Below are positions 28,639-38,003 of a stretch of DNA of 64,000 bases, piece by piece. Position 1 is the first letter of the stretch. Each line of letters opens with the position of its first letter. Made by a program: the position numbers and the translations under genes. The stretch is from NCBI GenBank assembly GCA_041395605.1, contig JAWLAD010000009.1, positions 14,707 through 78,706 on the forward strand, in the 5' to 3' direction. This DNA comes from Steroidobacteraceae bacterium. GTDB lineage: Bacteria; Pseudomonadota; Gammaproteobacteria; Steroidobacterales; Steroidobacteraceae. A model generated the notes under the pieces. It searched no databases. It was given only the letters and a program-made list of their open reading frames with translations, and was not told the DNA's origin.

Positions 28639-30567
28639 TCACCAGCCGATGCCGTAGTCCTCACCATGGTGGCTCGAACCGCCCCAGAGGCTGCCGTGCT
28701 CGGCGTCGACGAGGATGGCGTTGATCGGGCCCGAGGTGCGCTCCTGGAACTCGAGCCGGTAGCCGCGCGCCGCGAGCTCGCTGCGGACCCAGGGCGGCGT
28801 CGCCGATTGCAGCAGCATCCGGCCCGGCTCGCGGCGATGGTCGCCGAACGAATCGTGCATCTGGAAGCTGTTCATGTTCGGCGCCTCGGCGGCCTGCTGC
28901 GGCGTCATGCCGAACTCGACCACGTTGAGGAAGAACTGCAGCAGGTTCTGGTCCTGCGCATCGCCGCCCTGCACGGCGAACGCGAGCCAGGGCTTGCCAT
29001 CCTTCAGCGCGAGGCTGGGTGTCAGCGTCGCCCGCGGCCGCTTGCCGGGCTCGAGCACGTTGTAGGGATTCTGCCGCGGGTCCAGCACGAACGACTGCAT
29101 CCGCTGCGACAGGCCGATGCCGGTGCGCCCCGCGACCACCGCGGGCAACCAGCCGCCGCTCGGCGTCATCGACACCAGCCACCCGTCGCGATCCGCCGCG
29201 ACGACCGTCGTCGTGCCGCGGTAGAAACCGGGCCGGCGCTGCTCTGCCGTGGCCTCGCCAGCGGCCGGGCGCATGCGCCCTGCAGTGCGCGGATCGAAGC
29301 GCCCGCCCTTCCCCGAAGGCTGCGCCGCGTCGCGTTGCCGCTGCTCGAGCAGCGTGGCGAACGGATTGACCTCGCCCTGGAACGGATAGGGGTCGCCAGG
29401 CCCGATGCCCGGATCATTGCGCTCGGCGGCCAGTAGCGCTGCCCGCGCCTTCGCATAGTCCTTCGACAGCAGTCCGCGGATCGGCTCGACCGGCGGGTAC
29501 GCCGGATCGCCGTAGCAAAAATCACGGTCCGCTTAGGCCAGGTTCATCGCCTGGTACAGCGTGTGCAGGTAGCGCGCCGAGTTGTAGCCCATCGATTTCA
29601 GATCAACCTGCTCGAGCAGGTTCAGCGTCTGCAGCAGCACCGGACCCTGCACCCAGGTGTCGAGCTTGTGGACTTCGATGCCGCGATAAGTGGTGCTGCG
29701 CGACGCCTCGATCTTCACGCGCCAGTTGGCCAGGTCCTCCTTCGTGATCAGGCCGCCCTGCGCCTGCACGGCGGCGGCGAACTCGGCGCCGAGCGGCCCG
29801 CGATAGAACAGCTCGTAGGCGGCCATGATCGCGGCCTGGCGCGAGGCGCCGCGCGCGAGTGCGCCGCGTTCGGCCGCCACCAGCCGCCGCAGCGTCGCTG
29901 CCAGCTCTGGCTGGCGGAAGATCTCGCCGGCCTGGGGTGCCGCGCGCGCCTGGTCGGCATGCGGCAGCAGCACGCGCGCCGAATCGGGCCATTGCTGCAG
30001 CAAGTCCTTGTGGCGTTCGATCAGGTTCGCCGTCTGCGCCTCGATCGGGTAGCCATTCGCGAGCGTGATGGCGGGCGCCAGCACCTCGGCCAGCGACAGG
30101 CGGCCATACTCGGCCAGCATCACCAGCAGGCCACCTGGCGTGCCCGGCGTCACGGCCGCGAGCGGCCCGAACTCCGGCGGCTGTGCCATGCCGCGGGATT
30201 TGTAGAACTCGACGGTCGCGCCGCTGGGCGCGACACCGAGCGCATTGATCGCGATGACGCGCCGCTCGCGCGGGTGCCAGATCAGCGCCTGCGTCTCGCC
30301 GCCCCAGGACAGCACGTCCCACATCGTCGCGGTCGCGGCGAGCATCGCGCAGGCCGCATCGACCGCGTTGCCGCCGCGCTCGAACATCCGCGCACCGGCG
30401 GTCGCCGCCAGCGGCTTGCCCGTGATCGCGAGCCAGTGCTGCGCGTGCAGCGGCGGCTTCTGCGTCGGCGCACCCTGCGCGTGGCCAATGGTTGCGGCCG
30501 GGAGCACGGCCAGCACGCCGACGAGGAGGCCGGCCAGCGGCAGGCGTTGCAGTGCGCGGTGCTTCAT
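28639..30567 (-). pseudogene. ggt: gamma-glutamyltransferase, interrupted by one in-frame TAA as sequenced
   Basis: ORF 29533-30918 (from inner ATG 30567, MKHRALQRLPLAGLLVGVLAVLPA...) and ORF 28639-29274 are in the same frame. The reading ...YQAMNLA-TAA-ADRDFCYGDPAYPP... continues without a shift. The autoprocessing/nucleophile region (RGTTTVVAADRDG) lies downstream of the stop at 29533-29535. Confidence 0.85.
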
Positions 30568-31154
30568 GCGTGGATCTCCCGGAACGTCAGGTTGATGCGC
30601 GGCCCGACCGCGCGCGCCGTCTTCGCGAGACTGTGCTGCCAATGATGCTGCAAAGGGCCGCACATCACGAGCAGGCTGCCATCGGTCAGGTCCAGCGAGC
30701 GCGTCTCGCCGCTGGCACGATGCTTCAGGCGGAAGCGGCGCGTCGCGCCCAGCGACACGGACGCAATGACCGGATTGCGTCCGAGTTCTGGCTCGTCGTC
30801 GGCGTGCCAGCCCATGCCGTCGCGACCGTCGCGATAGAGGTTGGCGAGCACGCTGTTGAAGCGCTCGCCGCTCAACGCTTCGACCCGGGCGCGAATCTCC
30901 AGCAGGGGGTCGGTCCACGCTGCCGGCTCATGCAGCACGCCGGAGTAGCGATACCGGGCGGCGGCATCACCGTGCCAGGCCACGAGCCGCGGGACCGCGT
31001 GCTCGCGCCCGAAGATCGTCAGCCTCTCCTGCTGCCACGGCAGCGTCGAACGCAGCACGTCGAACAGGCGCGATGCGGATGCGCGCGGGAACGCGTCCGG
31101 CCACCAGCGCAACTGGCCATCGCGCAGCGGCAGGCTCTGTTCGGCGTCCGACAC
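30564..31154 (-). CDS. alkB: alpha-ketoglutarate-dependent dioxygenase AlkB
   Basis: Tail of the 1090-aa shadow ORF 30564-33836, from GTG 31154 (VSDAEQSLPLRDGQLRWWPDAF...). AlkB motifs are present (NLYRDGRDGMGWHADDE, HHWQHSL, RINLTFR). Its stop overlaps the ggt ATG (ATGA). Confidence 0.85.
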   Translation of the reverse strand: MSDAEQSLPLRDGQLRWWPDAFPRASASRLFDVLRSTLPWQQERLTIFGREHAVPRLVAWHGDAAARYRYSGVLHEPAAWTDPLLEIRARVEALSGERFNSVLANLYRDGRDGMGWHADDEPELGRNPVIASVSLGATRRFRLKHRASGETRSLDLTDGSLLVMCGPLQHHWQHSLAKTARAVGPRINLTFREIHA

Positions 31155-31253
31155 GACCCTGATGATGCACCATCGCGGCGCAGCGGCGCAGCACGACTGC
31201 ACCGATGTCGCGCACGCCTGCCGCCGCCCGGCAAATGCCGCTACGATGCATGC

Positions 31254-32669
31254 ATGAGTCCGCGTCCCTATGACGAAATGCAGCTCGCGGATGGCGCGGC
31301 ACGCGAGCACTGCCGGCCGTATCGCGAATGGCTTGCGGCGCAGGCCGGCGAGCGCATCGCGCAGAAGCGCGCCGAGGCCGACGCGCTGTTCCACCGGCTC
31401 GGCATCACGTTTGCCGTCCATGGCGAGAACGAGGGCACCGAGCGGCTGATTCCGTTCGACCTGGTCCCGCGGATCGTGCCCGCTGCGGAATGGCTCGAAC
31501 TCGAAGCGGGGCTGCGGCAACGGGTGCGCGCGCTGAACGCATTCCTCGCCGACATCTACCACGACCAGGACATCCTCCGCGCCGGCCGGGTGCCGGCCGA
31601 ACCGGTGCTGTGCAACGCGCAGTACCGCCCGGAGATGCAGGGTATCGACGTACCGGGGGGCATCTATGCCCACATCGCCGGCATCGACATCGTGCGCGCG
31701 GATGACGGGCGCTTCTGGGTGCTGGAAGACAACCTGCGCGTGCCGTCCGGTGTCTCCTACATGCTCGAGAACCGCAAGATGATGATGCGGCTGTTCCCCG
31801 AGCTGTTCGCGCTGCACGCCGTCGAGCCGGTCGAACACTATCCGGACGTGCTGCTGGAGAACCTGCGCAGCGTCGCACCGGCGGGCATCACCGACCCGAC
31901 CGCGGTACTGCTGACCCCCGGGGCCTACAACAGCGCCTACTTCGAACACGCATTCCTCGCGCAGCAGATGGGCATCGAGCTGGTCGAGGGGCAGGACCTG
32001 TTCGTCCGCGACGAAGTGGTCTACATGCGCACGACGCGCGGCCCGCAGCGCGTCGACGTGATCTACCGTCGCATCGATGACGATTTCCTCGACCCGCTGG
32101 CCTTCCGGCCCGACTCGCGCCTTGGCGTGCCCGGCCTGCTGACCGCCTATCGCGCCGGCCGCGTGACGATCTGCAATGCGATCGGCACCGGCATCGCGGA
32201 CGACAAGTCCATCTATCCCTATGTGCCGGAGATGATCCGGTTCTATCTCGGCGAGGAGCCCCGACTCGCGAACGTGCCAACCTGGATCCTGCGCAATCCG
32301 GCGGACTGCCAGCACGTACTGGCCCACCTGCCGGATCTCGTCGTCAAGGAAGTCCATGGCGCCGGGGGCTACGGCATGCTGATCGGGCCTGCCGCGACGC
32401 GGGCCGAGATCGAGTCGTTCCGCGAACGCATCATCGCGCATCCGGAACGCTACATCGCGCAACCGACGCTCGCGCTGTCGACATCGCCGACCTTCGTCGC
32501 CAGTGGTCTCGCGCCGCGACACATCGACCTGCGCCCCTTCGTGCTGTCGGGGCGGGACATCACGATCGTGCCCGGCGGGCTGACGCGGGTCGCGCTGCGC
32601 GAAGGCTCGCTGGTCGTGAACTCCTCGCAGGGCGGCGGCACCAAGGACACCTGGGTGCTTGGAAGCTGA
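31254..32669 (+). CDS. circularly permuted ATP-grasp type 2 protein (Anbu-cluster amidoligase)
   Basis: Inner ATG of ORF 30492-32669 (MSPRPYDEMQLADG...). The sequence is typical of the CP_ATPgrasp_2 / DUF404-DUF407 family (FWVLEDNLRVPSGVSYMLENR...VVKEVHGAGGYGM...GGLTRVAL...VVNSSQGGGTKDTWVL). Confidence 0.8.
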   Translation: MSPRPYDEMQLADGAAREHCRPYREWLAAQAGERIAQKRAEADALFHRLGITFAVHGENEGTERLIPFDLVPRIVPAAEWLELEAGLRQRVRALNAFLADIYHDQDILRAGRVPAEPVLCNAQYRPEMQGIDVPGGIYAHIAGIDIVRADDGRFWVLEDNLRVPSGVSYMLENRKMMMRLFPELFALHAVEPVEHYPDVLLENLRSVAPAGITDPTAVLLTPGAYNSAYFEHAFLAQQMGIELVEGQDLFVRDEVVYMRTTRGPQRVDVIYRRIDDDFLDPLAFRPDSRLGVPGLLTAYRAGRVTICNAIGTGIADDKSIYPYVPEMIRFYLGEEPRLANVPTWILRNPADCQHVLAHLPDLVVKEVHGAGGYGMLIGPAATRAEIESFRERIIAHPERYIAQPTLALSTSPTFVASGLAPRHIDLRPFVLSGRDITIVPGGLTRVALREGSLVVNSSQGGGTKDTWVLGS

Positions 32670-32672
32670 CGC

Positions 32673-33608
32673 ATGCTGAGCCGCACTGCCGATCACCTGT
32701 ACTGGATGTCGCGCTACAACGAGCGCGCGGAAAACCTTGCCCGCCTGCTCGATGCGCACTACCGCCTGTCGCTGCTGCCCCGCCCACCCGAAGCGGTGCG
32801 CCAGGGGTGGGCCGCGACGTTGACCTCGCTCGGCACGATGGGCGCCTATCGGGAGCGGCACGGCGATGTATCGCCTGCCGTCGCGACGCGCTTCCTCGCC
32901 TTCGAGCGCGACCATCCCGGCAGCATCCTCGCGTGCCTGCGCGCGGCGCGGGAGAACGCCAGGGCCGTGCGCGGCACGCTGCCCTCGGAAGCCTGGGAAA
33001 CCATCAATGCCACCTGGCTCGAGGCGCGTGGCCATGGTCGCGGCACCGAGCCACCGCCGATCGGCGAGTTCGTCGAATGGGTCAAGTACCGCGCCCACCT
33101 GACCCGCGGCGTACTGGTCGGCACCATGCTGCGAGACGAGGCCTATTCGTTCTCGCGGATCGGTACGTTCATCGAGCGAGCGGATGCAACGACGCGGATC
33201 CTGGAATCGCGCTGGCAGGACGGGGAACTGGGCAGCGAGCGGACCGCAGCGGAGGCGTCGGAATGGGCCGTGCTGCTGCGCGCACTGTCGGCGTTCGAGG
33301 TCTACCGCAAGGTCTATCGCGACAACGTCACGCCGACGCAGGTCACCGAACTGTTGCTGCTGAACGACAGCATGCCCTCGAGCGTGCACCGCTGCATGGC
33401 GGACCTGTACGACAACCTGCGCGCCGTGCGCAACGCGCAGTCCGCGGAAACCGAGAGACGCGCCGGCGAGCTGCACGCCCAACTGCGCTTCGGTCGACTG
33501 GAGGAAATGTGCGCGGACGGCGTCACGGTGTTCCTCGATCGCTGCCAGCGCCGCCTCAACGAACTGGCCGCCGGCATCGCCCGCGACTTCCTCGTGCCGG
33601 GCGCCTGA
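32673..33608 (+). CDS. alpha-E domain protein
   Basis: ORF of 311 aa. The N-terminus MLSRTADHLYWMSRYNERAENLARLLD is the hallmark of alpha-E (DUF403) proteins. It starts 3 nt after the ATP-grasp stop. Confidence 0.8.
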   Translation: MLSRTADHLYWMSRYNERAENLARLLDAHYRLSLLPRPPEAVRQGWAATLTSLGTMGAYRERHGDVSPAVATRFLAFERDHPGSILACLRAARENARAVRGTLPSEAWETINATWLEARGHGRGTEPPPIGEFVEWVKYRAHLTRGVLVGTMLRDEAYSFSRIGTFIERADATTRILESRWQDGELGSERTAAEASEWAVLLRALSAFEVYRKVYRDNVTPTQVTELLLLNDSMPSSVHRCMADLYDNLRAVRNAQSAETERRAGELHAQLRFGRLEEMCADGVTVFLDRCQRRLNELAAGIARDFLVPGA

Positions 33609-33635
33609 GCATCGCCGCCGCACGGGAGCAACGCC

Positions 33636-34469
33636 ATGCCACTGCACATCCGCCATGAAACCATTTACCGCTACGAAGAACCCGTGCGGCAGAGCGTGCA
33701 GACGTTGAAGCTGACGCCGCGACGCGAAGCGCGCCAGCGCACGCAGCAGTGGTCGCTGTTGACGCCGGGTCGCCGTAATGAACAGGTCGATGCCTGGGGT
33801 AACGTCACGCACCTGCTGACCATCGATGAACCCCACGAAGAAATCCGCATCGTTGTCAGCGGCGTCATCGATGTCGACGCGGAACCGCTGGACCGCGAGA
33901 CCGGCCGGCTGTCACCGCTCGTGTTCCGCGCGGCAACGCCGCTGACCGCGGCCGACGCCGCGATCCAGGCCCTGGCGGGCAGCGCGCTGCGGCCCGGTGG
34001 CGGACCCCAGGGCGGAGGACTCCAGGTCGGCGCAATCGCCGACGCCGATGCGCTGCTGGCATTGGCTGCGGCGATCTGCGATGGCGTGCGCTATCGCCCC
34101 GGCGCGACCACCGTCGCGGACACCGCGATCACGGCGCTCGGCCGGGGCGAAGGCGTCTGCCAGGACCAGGCGCACGTGTTCCTCGCGGCCTGCCGGACGG
34201 CCGGCCTCGCGGCCCGCTATGTCAGCGGTTACCTGCACGCGGGCGAACAGGGCGAGATCGCGAGCCACGCGTGGGTCGATGTCTGGCTCGAGCAGCGCGG
34301 CGGCTGGCTCGGCCTCGACGTCACGCACCAGCGCATGGTCGACGAGCGCTACTGCAGGCTCGCCGTGGGACGCGACTACCTCGATGCCGCGCCGGTGCGC
34401 GGCGTACGCCGCGGCGGCGGCGGTGAGACACTCGAAGTCCGCGTACACGTCGGCGACAGCGCACAGTAA
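33636..34469 (+). CDS. transglutaminase-like cysteine protease family protein
   Basis: ORF of 277 aa. It has the Bact_transglu_N-like start (MPLHIRHETIYRYEEPV...LKLTPR). The core has an intact Cys/His/Asp context (GEGVCQDQAHVF, ASHAWVDVW, LGLDVTH). Confidence 0.8.
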   Translation: MPLHIRHETIYRYEEPVRQSVQTLKLTPRREARQRTQQWSLLTPGRRNEQVDAWGNVTHLLTIDEPHEEIRIVVSGVIDVDAEPLDRETGRLSPLVFRAATPLTAADAAIQALAGSALRPGGGPQGGGLQVGAIADADALLALAAAICDGVRYRPGATTVADTAITALGRGEGVCQDQAHVFLAACRTAGLAARYVSGYLHAGEQGEIASHAWVDVWLEQRGGWLGLDVTHQRMVDERYCRLAVGRDYLDAAPVRGVRRGGGGETLEVRVHVGDSAQ

Positions 34470-34478
34470 TATCCGCGG

Positions 34479-35231
34479 ATGACTTACTGCGTCGCCATGC
34501 TGCTCGACACGGGCCTGGTCTTCCTGTCCGACTCCCGCACCAACGCAGGCGTCGACCAGATCAGCACCTTCCGCAAGACCTCAGTGTTCGAACACCCCGG
34601 CGAGCGCGTGCTGGTGCTGCAGACCTCCGGCAACCTCGCGATCTCGCAATCGGTGACCAGCGTGCTGCGCGAGCGGATCGCAGAGGGCGGCGACGCGATC
34701 CACCTGATGAATGCGCCGAACCTGTTCGAGGCAGCCCGCGCCGTCGGCGAAGCACTGCGCGAGGTGTACCGGCGCGACGCCACCGCGCTGCGCGAGTTCG
34801 GCTTCGAGTTCAATGCCGCGCTGACGCTGGGCGGCCAGATCCGTGGCGAGGCGCCGCGCCTGTTTTCGATCTATGCCGCTGGCAACTTCATCGAGGCGAC
34901 GCCGGACACGACCTATTTCCAGATCGGTGAATCGAAATACGGCAAGCCGATCATCGACCGCGTCATCCGCCGCAGCAGCAGTCTGAACGAAGCCACGAAG
35001 TGCGCACTGGTCTCGATGGATTCGACGATCCGCTCCAACCTGTCGGTCGGGCCGCCGCTCGATCTCGTGGTCGTGCGGCGCGATCAGTTCACGATCGCGC
35101 GCCACATGAGCATCGAGGGCGACAACCCCTACTTCCACAGCATTCGTGGCGCCTGGGGCGAGGCGCTGCGACACGCGTTCACCGCACTGCCGGATCCCGA
35201 ATGGCTCAACCCGAGGCGCCCGCTGGATTGA
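34479..35231 (+). CDS. proteasome beta-subunit homologue (Anbu-type peptidase)
   Basis: ORF of 250 aa. It starts MTYCVAMLLDTGLVFLSDSRTNAG, with Thr2 as the putative N-terminal nucleophile after Met removal. It is the last gene of the four-gene ATP-grasp / alpha-E / transglutaminase cluster. Confidence 0.75.
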   Translation: MTYCVAMLLDTGLVFLSDSRTNAGVDQISTFRKTSVFEHPGERVLVLQTSGNLAISQSVTSVLRERIAEGGDAIHLMNAPNLFEAARAVGEALREVYRRDATALREFGFEFNAALTLGGQIRGEAPRLFSIYAAGNFIEATPDTTYFQIGESKYGKPIIDRVIRRSSSLNEATKCALVSMDSTIRSNLSVGPPLDLVVVRRDQFTIARHMSIEGDNPYFHSIRGAWGEALRHAFTALPDPEWLNPRRPLD

Positions 35232-35406
35232 CGACGCCGCCGACGGCGCGGCTCACGGCGGCGCCCGACGTTTCCCGGGGTTCCAGCGAGGGGGTGCCGG
35301 TTCCCACGAGTGCCGTCGGGCGCCGCTGCGGTTCCGGCGGCATCCCTGCGCGATGGCAACTACCGTAACGCCCGGCGCAGGGCACGACAAACGACCAGAA
35401 TTCACG

Positions 35407-36336
35407 TCATGGATGAGCCGCGTCGTCGCTGGCGGCGCGGCCGGCCTGGCGGAACTCGCGTATCGCCCAGTCGCGCACGATGCGGATCGCGTCACGAGCG
35501 GCATCGGCGTCCCGACAGACCAGATAATAGCGCTCACGTGTCGGCACGACGGGCGCATCCACCCTGACCAGCGACCCGGATGCGAACCACGACTCGCTGA
35601 CGACCGTGGGGACGAGCGCGATGCCTACGCCGCGTTCCGCCGCACGCGTGACGGCGAACATGTTGTCGATGGCCACGACATTGCGCAGCGGCGGCGGCGC
35701 AAGGCCCGCGAGCGCAGCCCACTGGTCCCAGACCGCGGGCAGGAGGCGGTGGACGAACACCGGCACGTCCAGCAGCGCGTCGCGCCCCAGCGTCGCGAGC
35801 CGCACGAGCGTCGCCGGGGAGCACGCGCCGACCAGAGTCAGTTCGAACAGCTCGTCGCAGCGCGCGCCGCCGGGCGGGTTGTCGGTGATCAGCACCGACA
35901 GGTCTGCGGTCGCGGCGTGCTCGCGCGGCATCGCATCGTGGGTGTCGATCTGGATGTCGAGGCTGCCATGCTCGCGGTACAGCAGGCCAGTCGCCCGGAA
36001 TGAACAGCTCGCTGGCGAGGCGACAGCAGCGGCATGCAGCTTCGCGATCGACGGCGGCGCTGGCCGCGGAAGCCGCGCCAGCGCGATCCTCGATCGACAG
36101 CAGCAGCGGTTCGACTTCATCGAGCAGCCTCTGGCCCGCGGTCGTCAGCTCGAGGGCGCGCGTGCGCCCGCGTGGTGCTTCTGCAAACCCAGCTGCTCCT
36201 CGAGCTCGCGGATCTGGTGGCTGATCGCCGACGGCGTCGGGTCAGCGATTGCGCCGCCGCCCGAAGCTCAGGCATCGCGCGCAGACGCAGAATATGCACC
36301 CAGGTGGCGCAGCAGTGAGGAGCGGGCCAGGCGCAT
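35407..36336 (-). pseudogene. LysR (GcvA-like) family regulator, disrupted by an in-frame TGA and at least two compensating frameshifts
   Basis: From ATG 36336 the frame reads MRLARSSLLRHLGAYSASARDA-TGA-ASGGGAIADPTPSAISHQIRELEEQLGLQ. The expected continuation APRGRTRALELTTAGQRLLDEVEPLL is in another frame. The C-terminal effector domain (ORF 35407-36120) is back in the original frame. The total length is a multiple of 3. Confidence 0.75.
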
Positions 36337-36497
36337 CGACGCTGGTGCGGAGAGAACGTTCGGAACGCAGTCGCCAGATCCGTGCCCGCAGCACGCGCGC
36401 CGGGGCCCCGCACGCCCTGCGCCCCGGAGCACCGGATTTCCATCGGTGCAGCGCGATGCCGCCCGATCGTGGTGCTCTGCTATCGTCCGCGCCTCAG

Positions 36498-37208
36498 ATG
36501 ACAGACTCGCCGTCGCACCCGGCAGCCGCGCCGCCTGGCACCGCATCCACAGCTTCGTCGTCGCGCCGGGCGGATGACCGAAGCACAGCGCCTCGCGCTC
36601 GAGCAGCTCTGGCCGCGTTACGGGCTCGACCTGGCTGCGGCGACGGCTTCGCCACTGGATCTCGCGCAGTAGCTGGCCTGCAGCGCGTCCGTGCACGCTC
36701 GAGATCGGCTTCGGCAATGGCGAAACGCTGGCGGCGCTCGCGGCCCGCGATGCGGCGCAACTACCTGGGCATCGAAGTGCATCGACCGGGCGCAGGCCAC
36801 CTGCTGCGGCTCTTGATTTAGCGGCAGGGTCTGTCGAACCTGCGGGTGATCTGCGCCGATGCCGTCGAGGTACTGGAACGGCATCGCGCCCGGCCTGGTT
36901 CAGATCCTGATCCTGTTCGCCGGCCCTGGCACAAGAAGCGCCACCACAAGCGGCGCCTCGTCCAGCCGGCGTTCGTGACGCTGCTCGCGAGCCGGATGCG
37001 CGCGGGCGGTCACCTGCACCTGGCGACCGACTGGGAGCCGTACGCCCAGCAGATGCTCGAGGTGCTGAACGCGAGCGCGGACTTCGACAACACCGCCGCG
37101 GACCGCGGCTACGCGGCGCGGCCCGACTGGCGCACGCCGACGCGCTTCGAGCGTCGCGGCGAACGGCTCGGCCACGGCGTCTGGGACCTCAGCTTCCGCC
37201 GGCGCTGA
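36498..37208 (+). pseudogene. trmB: tRNA (guanine46-N7)-methyltransferase, heavily disrupted as sequenced
   Basis: The C-terminal part is clean ([44 protein letters not shown]...). The conserved segments HRIHSFVV, GRMTEAQRLALEQLWPRYGLD, LEIGFGNGETLAALAARD and NYLGIEVHRPGAGHLL lie in three different frames. There is an in-frame TAG at 36819-36821. A second short out-of-frame patch sits at about 36885-36925. Confidence 0.8.
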
Positions 37209-37217
37209 GGCGCGGCT

Positions 37218-37850
37218 TCAACCGGCACCGAAGGCCGCGCGCAGTCCGTCGATCACGAACTGCACCGCAAGCGCGCCCAGCACGACGCCGAGCAAACGAT
37301 TCGCGACGTTGGCCCCGGTGACGCCGAGCACGCGCATCAGGCGCTCGGCGCCCAGCATGAACAGCAGCGAGATCAGCAGCACGAGCGCGGCGGCGGCCAG
37401 CAGCCCGGCGAACATCACCGGTGCGGCGGCCGGCGACACAGGCCCGAACCACAGCAGGATGGTCGTCAGCGCGCCGGGCCCGGCCAGGAACGGAAACGCG
37501 AGCGGGAACACCGAGATGTCGTCGCGGCGCCGGGTTTCTTCCTGCTCGGGGGTCGACGTACGCGTGCCGGATTCACGCGCGAACACCATTTCGAGCGCGA
37601 CCAGGAACAGCAGCAGGCCGCCGAAGATGCGGAACGCGTCGATGCTGATGCCCATGACCTTGAGGAATGCCGCGCCCGACAGCGCGAACAGCACGATGAT
37701 GATGCCGGCGACCAGCACGGCCTTGATCGCCATGCGGCGCCGGTACGCGCGCGACGCGCCTTCGGTCAGGCTCGCGAACAGCGGCACGAGTGACACTGGC
37801 TCGACGACCACGAAGAACACGACGAAGAACTTCAGCCACGGTTCCAACAC
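37218..37850 (-). CDS. MarC family (UPF0056) integral membrane protein
   Basis: ORF of 210 aa. The sequence VFFVVVEPVSLVPLFASLT...VFPLAFPFLAGPGALTT... is typical of the MarC/NAAT family. Confidence 0.8.
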   Translation of the reverse strand: MLEPWLKFFVVFFVVVEPVSLVPLFASLTEGASRAYRRRMAIKAVLVAGIIIVLFALSGAAFLKVMGISIDAFRIFGGLLLFLVALEMVFARESGTRTSTPEQEETRRRDDISVFPLAFPFLAGPGALTTILLWFGPVSPAAAPVMFAGLLAAAALVLLISLLFMLGAERLMRVLGVTGANVANRLLGVVLGALAVQFVIDGLRAAFGAG

Positions 37851-38003
37851 AATGCTGCCCTGCGGAAATACCTGACTTGAAAGCGAGGGCCGCGGGGCGC
37901 AGAGTCGCTGGCGAGGCCTTCGGATCGAAGGCTGCGGAGTTTAGCAGCCCGGAGACGTTCGCCCGACACCACCCTACCGCAACCCAGCAGTCCGAGGTCC
38001 TCC

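Noticed and set aside
30564-33836. 1090-aa minus-strand ORF covering most of the Anbu cluster region
   Set aside because: Only its last 196 codons (alkB) look like protein. The rest is Arg/Ala/Gly/Pro-rich sequence antisense to well-supported plus-strand genes. This is the typical stop-poor shadow frame of a very GC-rich genome.
35235-35263. Hairpin CGCCGCCG-N13-CGGCGGCG after the Anbu gene as an intrinsic terminator
   Set aside because: The loop is large and no T-tract follows. GC-rich inverted repeats of this size are expected by chance in this composition.
36268-36270. In-frame TGA in the LysR gene as selenocysteine or a readthrough site
   Set aside because: It sits in a helix-turn-helix at a position normally held by an ordinary residue. 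I saw no SECIS-like hairpin immediately downstream. The same gene also has frameshifts, and TAA and TAG interruptions occur in other genes.
37915-37933. Hairpin GGCCTTCG-GAT-CGAAGGCT in the MarC / acidic-protein divergent intergenic region, as a possible riboswitch or sRNA
   Set aside because: It is a single short stem-loop with no flanking conserved elements that I can recognise. That is insufficient to call an RNA element.
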